Virus record (IMG/VR): IMGVR_UViG_3300035688_001178
Source: an uncultured virus (IMG/VR IMGVR_UViG_3300035688_001178)
Taxonomy: Duplodnaviria > Heunggongvirae > Uroviricota > Caudoviricetes
Length of the DNA stretch: 64,000 bases
Direction: 5' to 3' (one strand)
The translations under genes were made by a program, and so were the position numbers. Positions 55,516 to 64,000 of the stretch are shown here, in pieces. Numbering within the stretch: position 1 is the stretch's first letter; each line of letters opens with the position of its first letter. The notes below the pieces were generated by a model. The model saw nothing but the letters and a program-made list of their open reading frames with translations. It was not told where the DNA came from and did no database searches.

Positions 55516-55929
55516 GTGTCTACGAAAGAAAACTTGTCTGACCAGTTGAATGGCATTCTAGGTGTAAATGTTGAATGGTCGAAAATGTCCAGAGAGGACC
55601 TTGAAACACTGATGAAATTGTTTGGCGATCCCGTTGGTATTGTGCAGCTTGGCGTAAAAATGATGAAAGAGAAGACTCGAGAGGACATCATGGGAAGAAA
55701 ACTCGGCGATATTTTATCGTCCTCGACAATTTTGAATCTCAGAGATAGGTCTCGAGGAGGCCCACTAGGTCTGGGGATCTTGCCTGGAATCTTTGGAAAC
55801 GAAAAGCCCTCCAAAGAAACCGAAACAAAACCGCCTAAGAAGGAAGAAACTCAGAAAACTGAGCCTGAAAAATCAAAACCCGAGCCTACTACTGAGGAAC
55901 ATAAGGACGAAAATAAGGCCAAGACCTAG
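55516..55929 (+). CDS. WSKMxxEDLE-domain protein with charged tail
   Basis: GAGGGG SD; paralogue at 22510. Confidence 0.7.
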   Translation: MSTKENLSDQLNGILGVNVEWSKMSREDLETLMKLFGDPVGIVQLGVKMMKEKTREDIMGRKLGDILSSSTILNLRDRSRGGPLGLGILPGIFGNEKPSKETETKPPKKEETQKTEPEKSKPEPTTEEHKDENKAKT

Positions 55930-56964
55930 ATAGAACGCGGTCCATCCATAATTGTTTTCGGTGAACCGCGACTTGTTTTTTACGGATGCAATAGCGAAGC
56001 CTGCAACTACTGCAAGCAGAAGCATTAGAGGCTTGTTGAAGATGGCCGCTATCGCTATGTATGCTCCTGAGCATGCGATCATTAAAACTCTTAGACCCAC
56101 GTATCCGTAGCTTGAAAATATCGTTTTTACTCCGAATTTTCTGTCTCCCTCAATGTCTTCAACGTCTTTTGTAGATTGAAAACCTAGGACCCATACGAAA
56201 GCGAGAAGGGCATAGGGTAGAGCTCCTTGCCAGGTTCCATAGATACTCCAGACTGCGAAGACCGGAATTAAACCCCGAGAAATGGACATCCATAGAACAT
56301 TTAGAACAGGGTGGACTTTTCTTGGTGAGAATGGAGACAGGCTATAGAATACGGCGAAAAATATCAATACGACTGTTACTAGACCGAAGAGTTCTGTTAC
56401 TGTAAATGCTCGTGCGATGCTGATTATCGCCATCAGCCAGGCCAGTCCCAGAGCCTCTTCCTTTGTAACTACACCAGAAGGTAAAGGGCGATAAGGCTTG
56501 ACTATTCTGTCGAGGTCAACGTCTGCGTATTGGTTTATTACTTGGCCGGTAGCTTGCGCGAGAGTCAATGTAACTCCGACATAAATGCAAGTCTTTAAAA
56601 CATCGAAATTGAAGGCAGACGTCGACGCTAGAACGCCGAGAAGACCAGCCAATAAGGGCGAAATCAGGGTGAAGGGCCTGACTAATTGCAAATACGTAGC
56701 GATCTTGCCGAAGTGTTTTCGGATGTTCGGATAACCCTTTTCTATACCGCCGTACTTTTGCTCCACGTCTATTTCTCCTTTGGTTTCCCCCTTGTCCGTA
56801 ACGGTTAAAAGGATTTTTCCCTCGTTTTTGCCGTAGACTTCCATTACTCCCCATGCGCCTTCGCTGAGGCCTAGTTCTTCGCGGACAATTTTGCTGACCA
56901 CAATCCGACCTTTTGAATCCATTTGCCATTTAGGACGTAGCGGGTGTGACATTCTCCTTTCCAC
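55873..56964 (-). CDS. UbiA-family (DGGGP synthase-like) prenyltransferase with N-terminal AbrB-like domain
   Basis: NQYADVDLD..KPYRPLPSG and KDVEDIEGD; MDSKGRIVV..REELGL. Confidence 0.9.
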   Translation of the reverse strand: MERRMSHPLRPKWQMDSKGRIVVSKIVREELGLSEGAWGVMEVYGKNEGKILLTVTDKGETKGEIDVEQKYGGIEKGYPNIRKHFGKIATYLQLVRPFTLISPLLAGLLGVLASTSAFNFDVLKTCIYVGVTLTLAQATGQVINQYADVDLDRIVKPYRPLPSGVVTKEEALGLAWLMAIISIARAFTVTELFGLVTVVLIFFAVFYSLSPFSPRKVHPVLNVLWMSISRGLIPVFAVWSIYGTWQGALPYALLAFVWVLGFQSTKDVEDIEGDRKFGVKTIFSSYGYVGLRVLMIACSGAYIAIAAIFNKPLMLLLAVVAGFAIASVKNKSRFTENNYGWTAFYLGLGLIFVLMFLSSRLGF

Positions 56965-56993
56965 GCTCAGTGGGAATAGGTGGGAATTGATAT

Positions 56994-58265
56994 TTATGTT
57001 TTGAGGTATTGTTCAAACATTGACCAGTCTATTAAACCCCATCCCTTGTCGTTGTCTTTGGTTGTTCCGTAAGCTGCGAATATTTGCTTGGCAAGTGAGG
57101 TGGTCAGCTGTATTCCTCTTTCGGTGAACATTTGTTTAGCGCATGCTAGTAAGCCTGTGACATGCGGCGATGCCATACTTGTACCGGAAAGGTAGCCGAA
57201 ACGCTGTTCTTTCTTGTCTGATTGAATGTCGAGAATGCCTGTGAGGGAAGAGTGGACTTGGACGCCTGGCGCCACGATATCGGGTTTAATTTCGTCGTAA
57301 GCAGGACCTCTTGAAGAAAATTCTGCTACTGACCCGTTAAATTCGTCCCATGCTCCGACTGTGATTGTATCGGGCAAGGATCCGGGACTGGTGATGGTTT
57401 GGGGTTTGGGTCCTGCGTTTCCTGCAGAAACTATAACCATCATGCCATTAGACGTCAACTTGGTAATTGCTGCGCTCAGCGGGTCTTCGGTGGCTGCTTC
57501 GGCGGTGTTGTCTGAGCCCATAGAAAGATTAACTATGTCGCATTTGGTTTGAAGAGAAATTTCTAGTGCTTTAAGTACGTCGCTGTCGCGTCCTATTCCA
57601 ATGATGAAGCCCAAGGCTTTTATTGAGATAAGGTTGGATTCAGGAGCCATGCCTTCACAGTCGACTCCTAGAAGGATGTCCCTAGCCTTTTTTCCTCCTG
57701 CGATTGAGGCGACGTGTTGGCCGTGTCCGTTTGCGTCGGTGAATAGTCCGGGTAGTGCTGTGAACATCTGCATGCGCGTTGTTTGCGCATGGAATTTTGT
57801 TCCTCCCGTGTCGATTATTCCAATTGATACGTTTTTGCCGGTGAAGCCCTGGCTGTTGGCACGGTCAGCTCCGACCATCTTGCGAGTCCACACTGTTGAA
57901 GTGAATACTTTTTGAGTCATCGTGTCATAGTACTTTGCTTCGTTGGGAAGGGTTTGTGTTGCGTGAAAAAGTCGGTCCAGGTAGATTTTGTTGACTAATG
58001 GGTTTTGTGCAAGCTCTTCGATGATTAACTGTGAAGCTACAAAACTGAGCATGTGGAACGTTGGAATCTCTTTTATCGAAGGCACTTCATCTATAATGGA
58101 AGCAGGTAATCTTGGAAAGAAGTTTCTTACGTTTGAGCCGAGAGTCGCAGGCAACAGTGGAAAGACCTGGTCCTTAAGCCTTGCAGCGTTGTTTGTCTCG
58201 ACAACTATCGGCGTGATCGGCGCCTGAAACATTGCTTGTTCAACTAGACTAGTGAGACGTCCCAT
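56994..58265 (-). CDS. subtilisin-like S8 serine protease
   Basis: IIDTG, HGQHVAS, SAGN, GTSMASPHV. Confidence 0.95.
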   Translation of the reverse strand: MGRLTSLVEQAMFQAPITPIVVETNNAARLKDQVFPLLPATLGSNVRNFFPRLPASIIDEVPSIKEIPTFHMLSFVASQLIIEELAQNPLVNKIYLDRLFHATQTLPNEAKYYDTMTQKVFTSTVWTRKMVGADRANSQGFTGKNVSIGIIDTGGTKFHAQTTRMQMFTALPGLFTDANGHGQHVASIAGGKKARDILLGVDCEGMAPESNLISIKALGFIIGIGRDSDVLKALEISLQTKCDIVNLSMGSDNTAEAATEDPLSAAITKLTSNGMMVIVSAGNAGPKPQTITSPGSLPDTITVGAWDEFNGSVAEFSSRGPAYDEIKPDIVAPGVQVHSSLTGILDIQSDKKEQRFGYLSGTSMASPHVTGLLACAKQMFTERGIQLTTSLAKQIFAAYGTTKDNDKGWGLIDWSMFEQYLKT

Positions 58266-58300
58266 AGTAACTATTTAATACCTAGTCAGACTTATTACTT

Positions 58301-59308
58301 TTGGAGATAACGATGGCACTCCGAAAAATGTGGCAGTCCCGAAGTCAACTCATGGTGGTGACCGCAACGTCTAAAATAGTGGCGTCAATATCAGCCCAAA
58401 TAACTCCCACGACTGGTATAGTGCCTTTCACAGTTACCATATGGGGAAGGCTAACCGAGCCCACCGGGGGAGTTTTGAATGGCAAAACGATTAACTTATA
58501 CAATGCAGACGGTTCTGGGAACCCGGTTGGTGCACCCATCGCTTCGACAATTACAGGTGTTCTAGGCGCTGGTTCTCCAGGCGGAGACTACACGTTTCCA
58601 GTGAATATAACTGTGGCCGGAACGTACCGTTTCGTGACAGAGTTCCCTGGCGATGCTACTTATGAAGGGTGCGAAAAAGTAGTTGGGCAAGCGGTTGGCA
58701 TTGGAGTTGGGGGAAAGATTGGCATAAACAGTCTAAGAAGAAGCTGGATAGTGGTCGTTGGTTCCAACGCGCCAGCAGCCGAAGTGAACAACGGAACCTC
58801 GGTAATACAGCACATCAGAAGAAAATTGAATTTGACACCCTTCAAAGCATTCCCCGACACTTTCCCTGGTCTTCCATACCTTGCGAAGAACTGTAACGTG
58901 ATGACTATAGGGGCACCAAACGCAAATGAATGGGCCTTTAATCTTAACGAGTTCACGGAACCCAAATACGACATTACAGTCAACAGAGAGAAAGCAGCTG
59001 ACGAAGCTTGGAAAGACTATGTGACCAGTGGAGGAATAGCTGTGAAAGGCTTTATCGTCGGAACCGTACCTGTTGCGGGTCAGGACCATCGAGGGCTACT
59101 AGCGACAGGACAGCAAGTCAACAGTAGATTAAGACCATTACAGGTCATGCACATAGGGGGATGGGCGTTCGAAGACACCTGCACCATGGTAAAGGCATTC
59201 TTGGCCGACGTCGACCCTGGCTTTTATCAATGTGACTGGCCAGACCCAGCTGACCCAACGATGGCGGCATGTCCAGCAAGTCCAACGTACACAAAGCTTA
59301 CCGTCTAA
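58301..59308 (+). CDS. Ig-like domain protein
   Basis: GRLT..GKTINLY..GTY..EFPGD..Y pattern; start uncertain. Confidence 0.65.
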   Translation: MEITMALRKMWQSRSQLMVVTATSKIVASISAQITPTTGIVPFTVTIWGRLTEPTGGVLNGKTINLYNADGSGNPVGAPIASTITGVLGAGSPGGDYTFPVNITVAGTYRFVTEFPGDATYEGCEKVVGQAVGIGVGGKIGINSLRRSWIVVVGSNAPAAEVNNGTSVIQHIRRKLNLTPFKAFPDTFPGLPYLAKNCNVMTIGAPNANEWAFNLNEFTEPKYDITVNREKAADEAWKDYVTSGGIAVKGFIVGTVPVAGQDHRGLLATGQQVNSRLRPLQVMHIGGWAFEDTCTMVKAFLADVDPGFYQCDWPDPADPTMAACPASPTYTKLTV

Positions 59309-60465
59309 AGCAGCAACTTCCTCAAGACTTTGTGTTTCACTAGAAACCTAGGGTTTTTTATTGCTATTTCAGTGAGTCCTCTGATGATAGCTCGCCCTAC
59401 GCTCGTAAGGTTCGGATGGAAATTCTCCAATGTTTTGACGAGAACATTGAAATCTTCGTCAGACAGCTCGCATAGTACCTGTTTCAATTTATAGCGAAAC
59501 AGATTCGTACCTATGATGCCTGAACAGTACTCAGGATACTTTCGAATGTTTCCTTCACAAATGGCTCTCGCTGCGCTCTTTGCACTTAATAGTCCTTGTA
59601 CGATTCCTCCTCCTGTTGCCGGGTCGCAAAGAAGCGCGGCGTCTCCCACGAGCAGAACATTGTCGTAAACGAGTTGAGGTTCTGGTCTTGCGGTAGGTAT
59701 CAGTTTGGCCTTTATGCTGGTTACGGATTCAGCTTCTAGAGTGGAAAGAAACTTTGTTAAGAGACTTTTGGCGTTCAGGTGCAGACTTAGAGGAATTCCC
59801 AGGCCCACGCGGAAATGTCCAGGTGTTTCGTGTGGAAATATCCAGCTGTAACCGTGAGGTGCGATGTTGCCAAAGTAGAGGGAGATACAGTCTTTGGGAT
59901 GGGTGAGTCGGGCTATTGTCTGGACGCCCACATGAATGTCTTCGAGAGAGGGGGGTTTTAACTGTAGAAGTTGTCGAGACGCGCCCATTAGACCGTCTGC
60001 TCCGACTATGACGTCTGCTGTCTTGTCAAACTTTGTGATTTTGTGATTAATTCGGATTTTTCCGCCTAGTCTTTGTATCTCTTTTGCGAGATGCGTTTGG
60101 AAGAGATTCCGTTGAAGAACAAGACCGTAAGGAGGACCTCTGGTTTTTGTTTCCCAATATTTTCCGTTCGGCGAGATGATTCTAAGAGAAGTTACCTTGG
60201 AAGCGACCGTGTAGTCTGGGATTTTCATTTTGGCCTGTTTTAGCAAGAGGGAGGAGACGCCGCCTGCGCACGTGTAGTCGGAACAGGTCGTCTTCTTCTC
60301 GTAGACGGTTACGTCTAGGGAACTGTCTTTTTTCAGAATCTCGAGAGCTGTGCCGAGGCCGGACACGCTTCCTCCTATTATTGAAACTGTTCTGGCAGTC
60401 ATCATCTCAGACTCGAAATGATTTATCTTCACATTCCGTCTATTTGTGCTTTTAGCTGCAGACAC
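59305..60465 (-). CDS. geranylgeranyl reductase family FAD oxidoreductase
   Basis: IIGGSVSG, CAGG, VGADG, YSWIFP, VGDAA..DPATGGGI; probable start MMTAR. Confidence 0.9.
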   Translation of the reverse strand: MSAAKSTNRRNVKINHFESEMMTARTVSIIGGSVSGLGTALEILKKDSSLDVTVYEKKTTCSDYTCAGGVSSLLLKQAKMKIPDYTVASKVTSLRIISPNGKYWETKTRGPPYGLVLQRNLFQTHLAKEIQRLGGKIRINHKITKFDKTADVIVGADGLMGASRQLLQLKPPSLEDIHVGVQTIARLTHPKDCISLYFGNIAPHGYSWIFPHETPGHFRVGLGIPLSLHLNAKSLLTKFLSTLEAESVTSIKAKLIPTARPEPQLVYDNVLLVGDAALLCDPATGGGIVQGLLSAKSAARAICEGNIRKYPEYCSGIIGTNLFRYKLKQVLCELSDEDFNVLVKTLENFHPNLTSVGRAIIRGLTEIAIKNPRFLVKHKVLRKLLL

Positions 60466-60555
60466 TTCTCGAGATATTGCCAGTTGAAGGGATTATCTCG
60501 AGATGATAAAATATTTATATCTCGAGACTGCACATAAGGGCTACGGTGGTTTAAA

Positions 60556-62100
60556 ATGACTGGAGAGGACGAAGAAGAGGAACTCGAGACGAAGACGCCA
60601 GTTAAGCCAGATGAACCAGATAAGCTTAAAGCGTTTTTCGAGAAGTCTCGAGATGAGGGAAAAGAGGATGAGGAGATACTCAGAGAGGTATTCGAGTCAA
60701 ATCCTGATGCTGACATTAAGAAGCTTGTGGAAATAACTGGGCTTCCTGGCCTGACAATTGGCAGAATCAAAGGGCAGGTTGCCATACGACGTAAGCGAGA
60801 CTCGAGAGTATCTGGGAAGCATCTGGAAGAAGGCGAGTTAAGTGAACCGGACGCCAGGCAGCTTGTGGCGCAGTATGGTCGGGAGGGATTGAATAAACTC
60901 AAACGTGGGTTCTTGAGGAAGACTTTGGCTCTTGCGCCTGGAATGACTGACAAGACAGCCGAGTGGATCCTTCACAAGTGGGATATAAACCCGAGGGTTC
61001 AGGACGATCCGAACACTTTTTATGAGATGCTTCACAACGATGCTGGGTTGAAACCGAACATCGCCATTTCGATTGCCAAGGATGTTTTCAGTTTGGAGGA
61101 GCAGTATGCGGATATTCTCGAGGACAAGGGCGAGAAACCTATTTTCATCTCAGGCAGTCCTCGAGTCTCTGGCTCGCCTACTGGAGAACCTATTCTGTAC
61201 CGAAGAGACCAGTACTCACAGAGCACAGGGCCTTTCGACGTGCGAGGAGGAGGAGGCCGAAGAGAGTCTGACTCAGGGGGATTTCTTACCAGGGAAGAAT
61301 ATTTGAGACTGGAACGCGAGAAAGAAGATCGGCGGAGAACAGAAGAACTCGAAGAGAAACGTCAGCAACGCGAAGATAAGTTCAGGGAAGACATAACCAG
61401 TACCCTGAACTCTTTTAGAGAAGAACTTGGAAAAAGCAAAAAACCGTCCGAAGAGTCTAGCGTCGAAGAGATCCCAATTGACGCACAGGGAAATCCGTGT
61501 GCTCCCGAAAACGCGGTCTCAGTCAAAAAAGTCTACAGGGGCGTTGGAGGAGGAGTCGCTAGAGCAGACCCTTTGGACACGTACTTGAAGATTAGGCAGG
61601 CCGAAAAACTGGATAAAACAGGGCAATTAGACGCGGAAGGCGTGAGGCGCATTGTTCAGGATGTGGTGGGCACCAAACCAGCAGGACCTTCGCCAGAAAT
61701 CGCTGAACTTTCAAGAAAAATGGAGGGGCTCAACCAACAACTTGTAGAGCGAGACAAAGACCTAAGCGAGAAAGAAAAACAGGCCCTTCGAGAACAAATT
61801 ACCGACTTAAAGGGCGACATGAGAACTCTCATGGACAAGGTGTCTACTTCAGGCGTCAATTCAGTTGAGGGTATGCTCACTTCAGTGGGAGGAAAACTCG
61901 TGGACAAATCTCCATTAAAAGAAGTCGGCGTGCTTATGAAAGAAATGTTAACTCCATCGGGAAACCTCATTACAGCGCCTGAGAAAGCTCCAGCAGTAAC
62001 TCAGACAATGCCAGGAGCGCCTTCTGGAATATTGGCTGCTCTCAAGGAAAAGGGTTTAGTAACTACAGTTAGGGAAAGAGTGGTCGGTGCAAGACAATGA
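60556..62100 (+). CDS. large coiled-coil protein
   Basis: E/K/R-rich heptads. Confidence 0.8.
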   Translation: MTGEDEEEELETKTPVKPDEPDKLKAFFEKSRDEGKEDEEILREVFESNPDADIKKLVEITGLPGLTIGRIKGQVAIRRKRDSRVSGKHLEEGELSEPDARQLVAQYGREGLNKLKRGFLRKTLALAPGMTDKTAEWILHKWDINPRVQDDPNTFYEMLHNDAGLKPNIAISIAKDVFSLEEQYADILEDKGEKPIFISGSPRVSGSPTGEPILYRRDQYSQSTGPFDVRGGGGRRESDSGGFLTREEYLRLEREKEDRRRTEELEEKRQQREDKFREDITSTLNSFREELGKSKKPSEESSVEEIPIDAQGNPCAPENAVSVKKVYRGVGGGVARADPLDTYLKIRQAEKLDKTGQLDAEGVRRIVQDVVGTKPAGPSPEIAELSRKMEGLNQQLVERDKDLSEKEKQALREQITDLKGDMRTLMDKVSTSGVNSVEGMLTSVGGKLVDKSPLKEVGVLMKEMLTPSGNLITAPEKAPAVTQTMPGAPSGILAALKEKGLVTTVRERVVGARQ

Positions 62101-63356
62101 ACAAACCAAAAGCAATCCTAGTACTATCCGGGAAGGGTGGTGTGGGTAAGACCCTCATAGCAGTGAACCTTGCTTTAGACTTGCGGGATAAAGGCAAAAA
62201 GGTCGGATTGTTGGATGCTGATTTCTCAGCAAGCAATTCAGGCTATTTCCTTCCAGTGCAGGGCAAAAGCATAGAGCTTCTAAGAGAAGAATTCAAGCCG
62301 ATAGAAGTTGAAGGAATCCAACTTTTCTCCATTCCGCTGATCCTTGGAGACAGGTCTGTAAGCATGACTGGCGACCAGTACAGTCAGCTGCTCAGAGATG
62401 CGGCCTCCGCTACGTTGTGGGACGTTGAGTATCTGGTAATTGATTGTCCTGCAGGATTCGGAGATGAGCTTAAGGAGGCAGCCAAAATGTACGAAGACAC
62501 TCTTCTAGGCTCCATCATAGTCGTGCAGCCGGCACACGTTTTAGACGCGAGACGAGCCCTACAACTACACAAAGACCTGGAAATGCCAGTTCTAGGCTTA
62601 ATAGAAAACATGAGTTACTTCAAAGTACATCGACAATTTGAGGATTCATTACCGAAAGACCTAGTCCCGAACGAAGATGAACAGGTCATACAGATTTTCG
62701 GAGAAAGTGTCGTAGACCAGCTTGGAACTGAATTCGAAGTTCCAGTGTTCGGCAAAATTCCTCTTAGCTTAGAAATAAGAGCGCAGGTAGAGAAAAAACA
62801 GTCACAATTAAAAGACCCTTACGACCAGCCACTTCTGAAAGCTGTTGATGCGATACTGCAAGCTAAACCGCAAAAGCCTGGTTTCCTAGCCAAGTTCAAA
62901 GCATTCGTGAAAGGCCAGTTGGACAAGCTGATCATAGAAATAGCTCTAAGCGTAAACACGGACATCAGCATACCCGACCTGCAGCAGAAATTTGGATATC
63001 CTGGAGGTTCAGTGATTGAGCTGAACATAATGGAGGACGACATGGACCACTCCATAGAATCAACACAGTGGGTCGTGAACGGCGGCAAACTTACAATAGT
63101 TGAAGGCGAAAACGTGGTGTGGGACGCAAGAATAGACGTCACCTTCAAGGCTATCAAATGGACAATCCTACAAAACCATCCAATGTCCAACGGCAATATG
63201 TACACGTTCCAGGACGCTTTAAGACTTGGGCACATGCGAATCTACGGGGAAAGAAGCATGGCCCGAGGAGCATTCTTCATGCAGCGCGTATTCGTTGAGC
63301 TCGCACAGAACGCGCATGCAATGGCAAGACTGAAACCTCTCCTGGAGATGCTGTAA
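62097..63356 (+). CDS. Mrp/MinD-type P-loop ATPase fused to SCP2-like lipid-binding domain
   Basis: SGKGGVGKT, LLDAD, VIDCPAG, GLIENMS; C-terminal W.V..GKL..DARI..DALRLGHMRIYG. Confidence 0.8.
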   Translation: MNKPKAILVLSGKGGVGKTLIAVNLALDLRDKGKKVGLLDADFSASNSGYFLPVQGKSIELLREEFKPIEVEGIQLFSIPLILGDRSVSMTGDQYSQLLRDAASATLWDVEYLVIDCPAGFGDELKEAAKMYEDTLLGSIIVVQPAHVLDARRALQLHKDLEMPVLGLIENMSYFKVHRQFEDSLPKDLVPNEDEQVIQIFGESVVDQLGTEFEVPVFGKIPLSLEIRAQVEKKQSQLKDPYDQPLLKAVDAILQAKPQKPGFLAKFKAFVKGQLDKLIIEIALSVNTDISIPDLQQKFGYPGGSVIELNIMEDDMDHSIESTQWVVNGGKLTIVEGENVVWDARIDVTFKAIKWTILQNHPMSNGNMYTFQDALRLGHMRIYGERSMARGAFFMQRVFVELAQNAHAMARLKPLLEML

Positions 63357-63656
63357 ATGTCAGGACTCTTCGGCGGCATCCTGGAGAGCACGATCAGGAA
63401 AGAAATGAAAAACAGGATTGACGAAGTGCTCCGCTGCGGTCAAGAGTGGGACCAAACAGCCAAGACACTCAAAACTTCAATCGACAATCTTGTCGCTGAA
63501 TTCAAAGCTGCAGCAGCTAAAGGCGTTTCCGTAGACCCAGCTGCAATAAAGGAAATAGGTCCGCCAATCACCAGACTGTGCAAAAACACTGACAGACTCG
63601 CAAAAGGTTTTGAAAGCTACACCAGGACAATGGTGAAGATAAGCGAGAAATTGTAG
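63357..63656 (+). CDS. helical hypothetical protein
   Basis: Coupled to ATPase. Confidence 0.7.
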   Translation: MSGLFGGILESTIRKEMKNRIDEVLRCGQEWDQTAKTLKTSIDNLVAEFKAAAAKGVSVDPAAIKEIGPPITRLCKNTDRLAKGFESYTRTMVKISEKL

Positions 63657-64000
63657 ATGAACCAGCAGATTTACTGGCAGTCACTTAAAGGTCAACGGAT
63701 CGGAAGATGGCTCAAGGTACAGCCATTCATAGAAGAACGAACTTGCCCTATTTGTGGCTCTAAGTTTACGGTGAATGGGTTAACTAGAGAACAGAGATAC
63801 TGCTCCCGTGCATGTTATCATAAAGACCCGAGGATAAGACAAATCCGAGCTAATGTGCATATCGGCAACAGAAACAGTTCCAAAAAGCCAGAAGTTAGAA
63901 GTAAAATCAGTGCAAGCATAAAGAGAATATGGGATACCATTGACCAATATGGAATGAAAGGCAAGAAACATACTGAAGCATCAATTGACAAAATGAGAAA
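63657..64000 (+). CDS. NUMOD3-type homing-endonuclease-like protein (partial)
   Basis: CPIC..CSRAC and GKKHTEASIDKMR; runs off window. Confidence 0.65.
   Translation, partial: MNQQIYWQSLKGQRIGRWLKVQPFIEERTCPICGSKFTVNGLTREQRYCSRACYHKDPRIRQIRANVHIGNRNSSKKPEVRSKISASIKRIWDTIDQYGMKGKKHTEASIDKMR

Larger units (their letters stand above)
1..64000. mobile_element. Large archaeal virus/provirus-like element (extends beyond window)
   Basis: Mostly small hypothetical and Zn-ribbon ORFs, recombinase, helicase, homing endonucleases, intein, candidate capsid and fibre genes; no host core genes. Confidence 0.8.

Overview
This window looks like part of a large archaeal virus or provirus. No host housekeeping genes are present, and the GGGGTG/GGAGG ribosome-binding sites, TATA-like promoters, oligo-T terminators and a dockerin-like protein point to a Bathyarchaeia-like host (inference). 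Layout: (1) 1-11 kb is a co-oriented minus-strand array of about 28 short genes, nearly all joined by one ~22-bp terminator-like plus SD junction motif. It includes a HsdM-like methylase, DUF4326, an ATP-dependent ligase and a Ku-like protein. (2) 11.0-11.6 kb is a strongly self-complementary ORF-free element upstream of the array, and 12.5-13.6 kb is a long non-coding region. (3) 13.6-35.9 kb holds a tyrosine recombinase, regulators, an SF2 helicase, a wHTH/Rep_trans-like protein, homing endonucleases and a fibre-like module. (4) 36-54 kb is a structural region with two candidate single-jelly-roll capsid proteins, a GH5 multidomain spike candidate and three small paralogues, interrupted by a glycosylation operon that includes an intein-containing GT4. 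(5) 55-64 kb carries a UbiA/DGGGPS-like prenyltransferase, a subtilase, a geranylgeranyl reductase and an Mrp-type ATPase fused to an SCP2-like domain. A 20-bp palindrome CGTTTTA-N6-TAAAACG recurs about 12 times, mostly at gene starts and promoters. All family calls come from reading motifs by eye; no searches were run.
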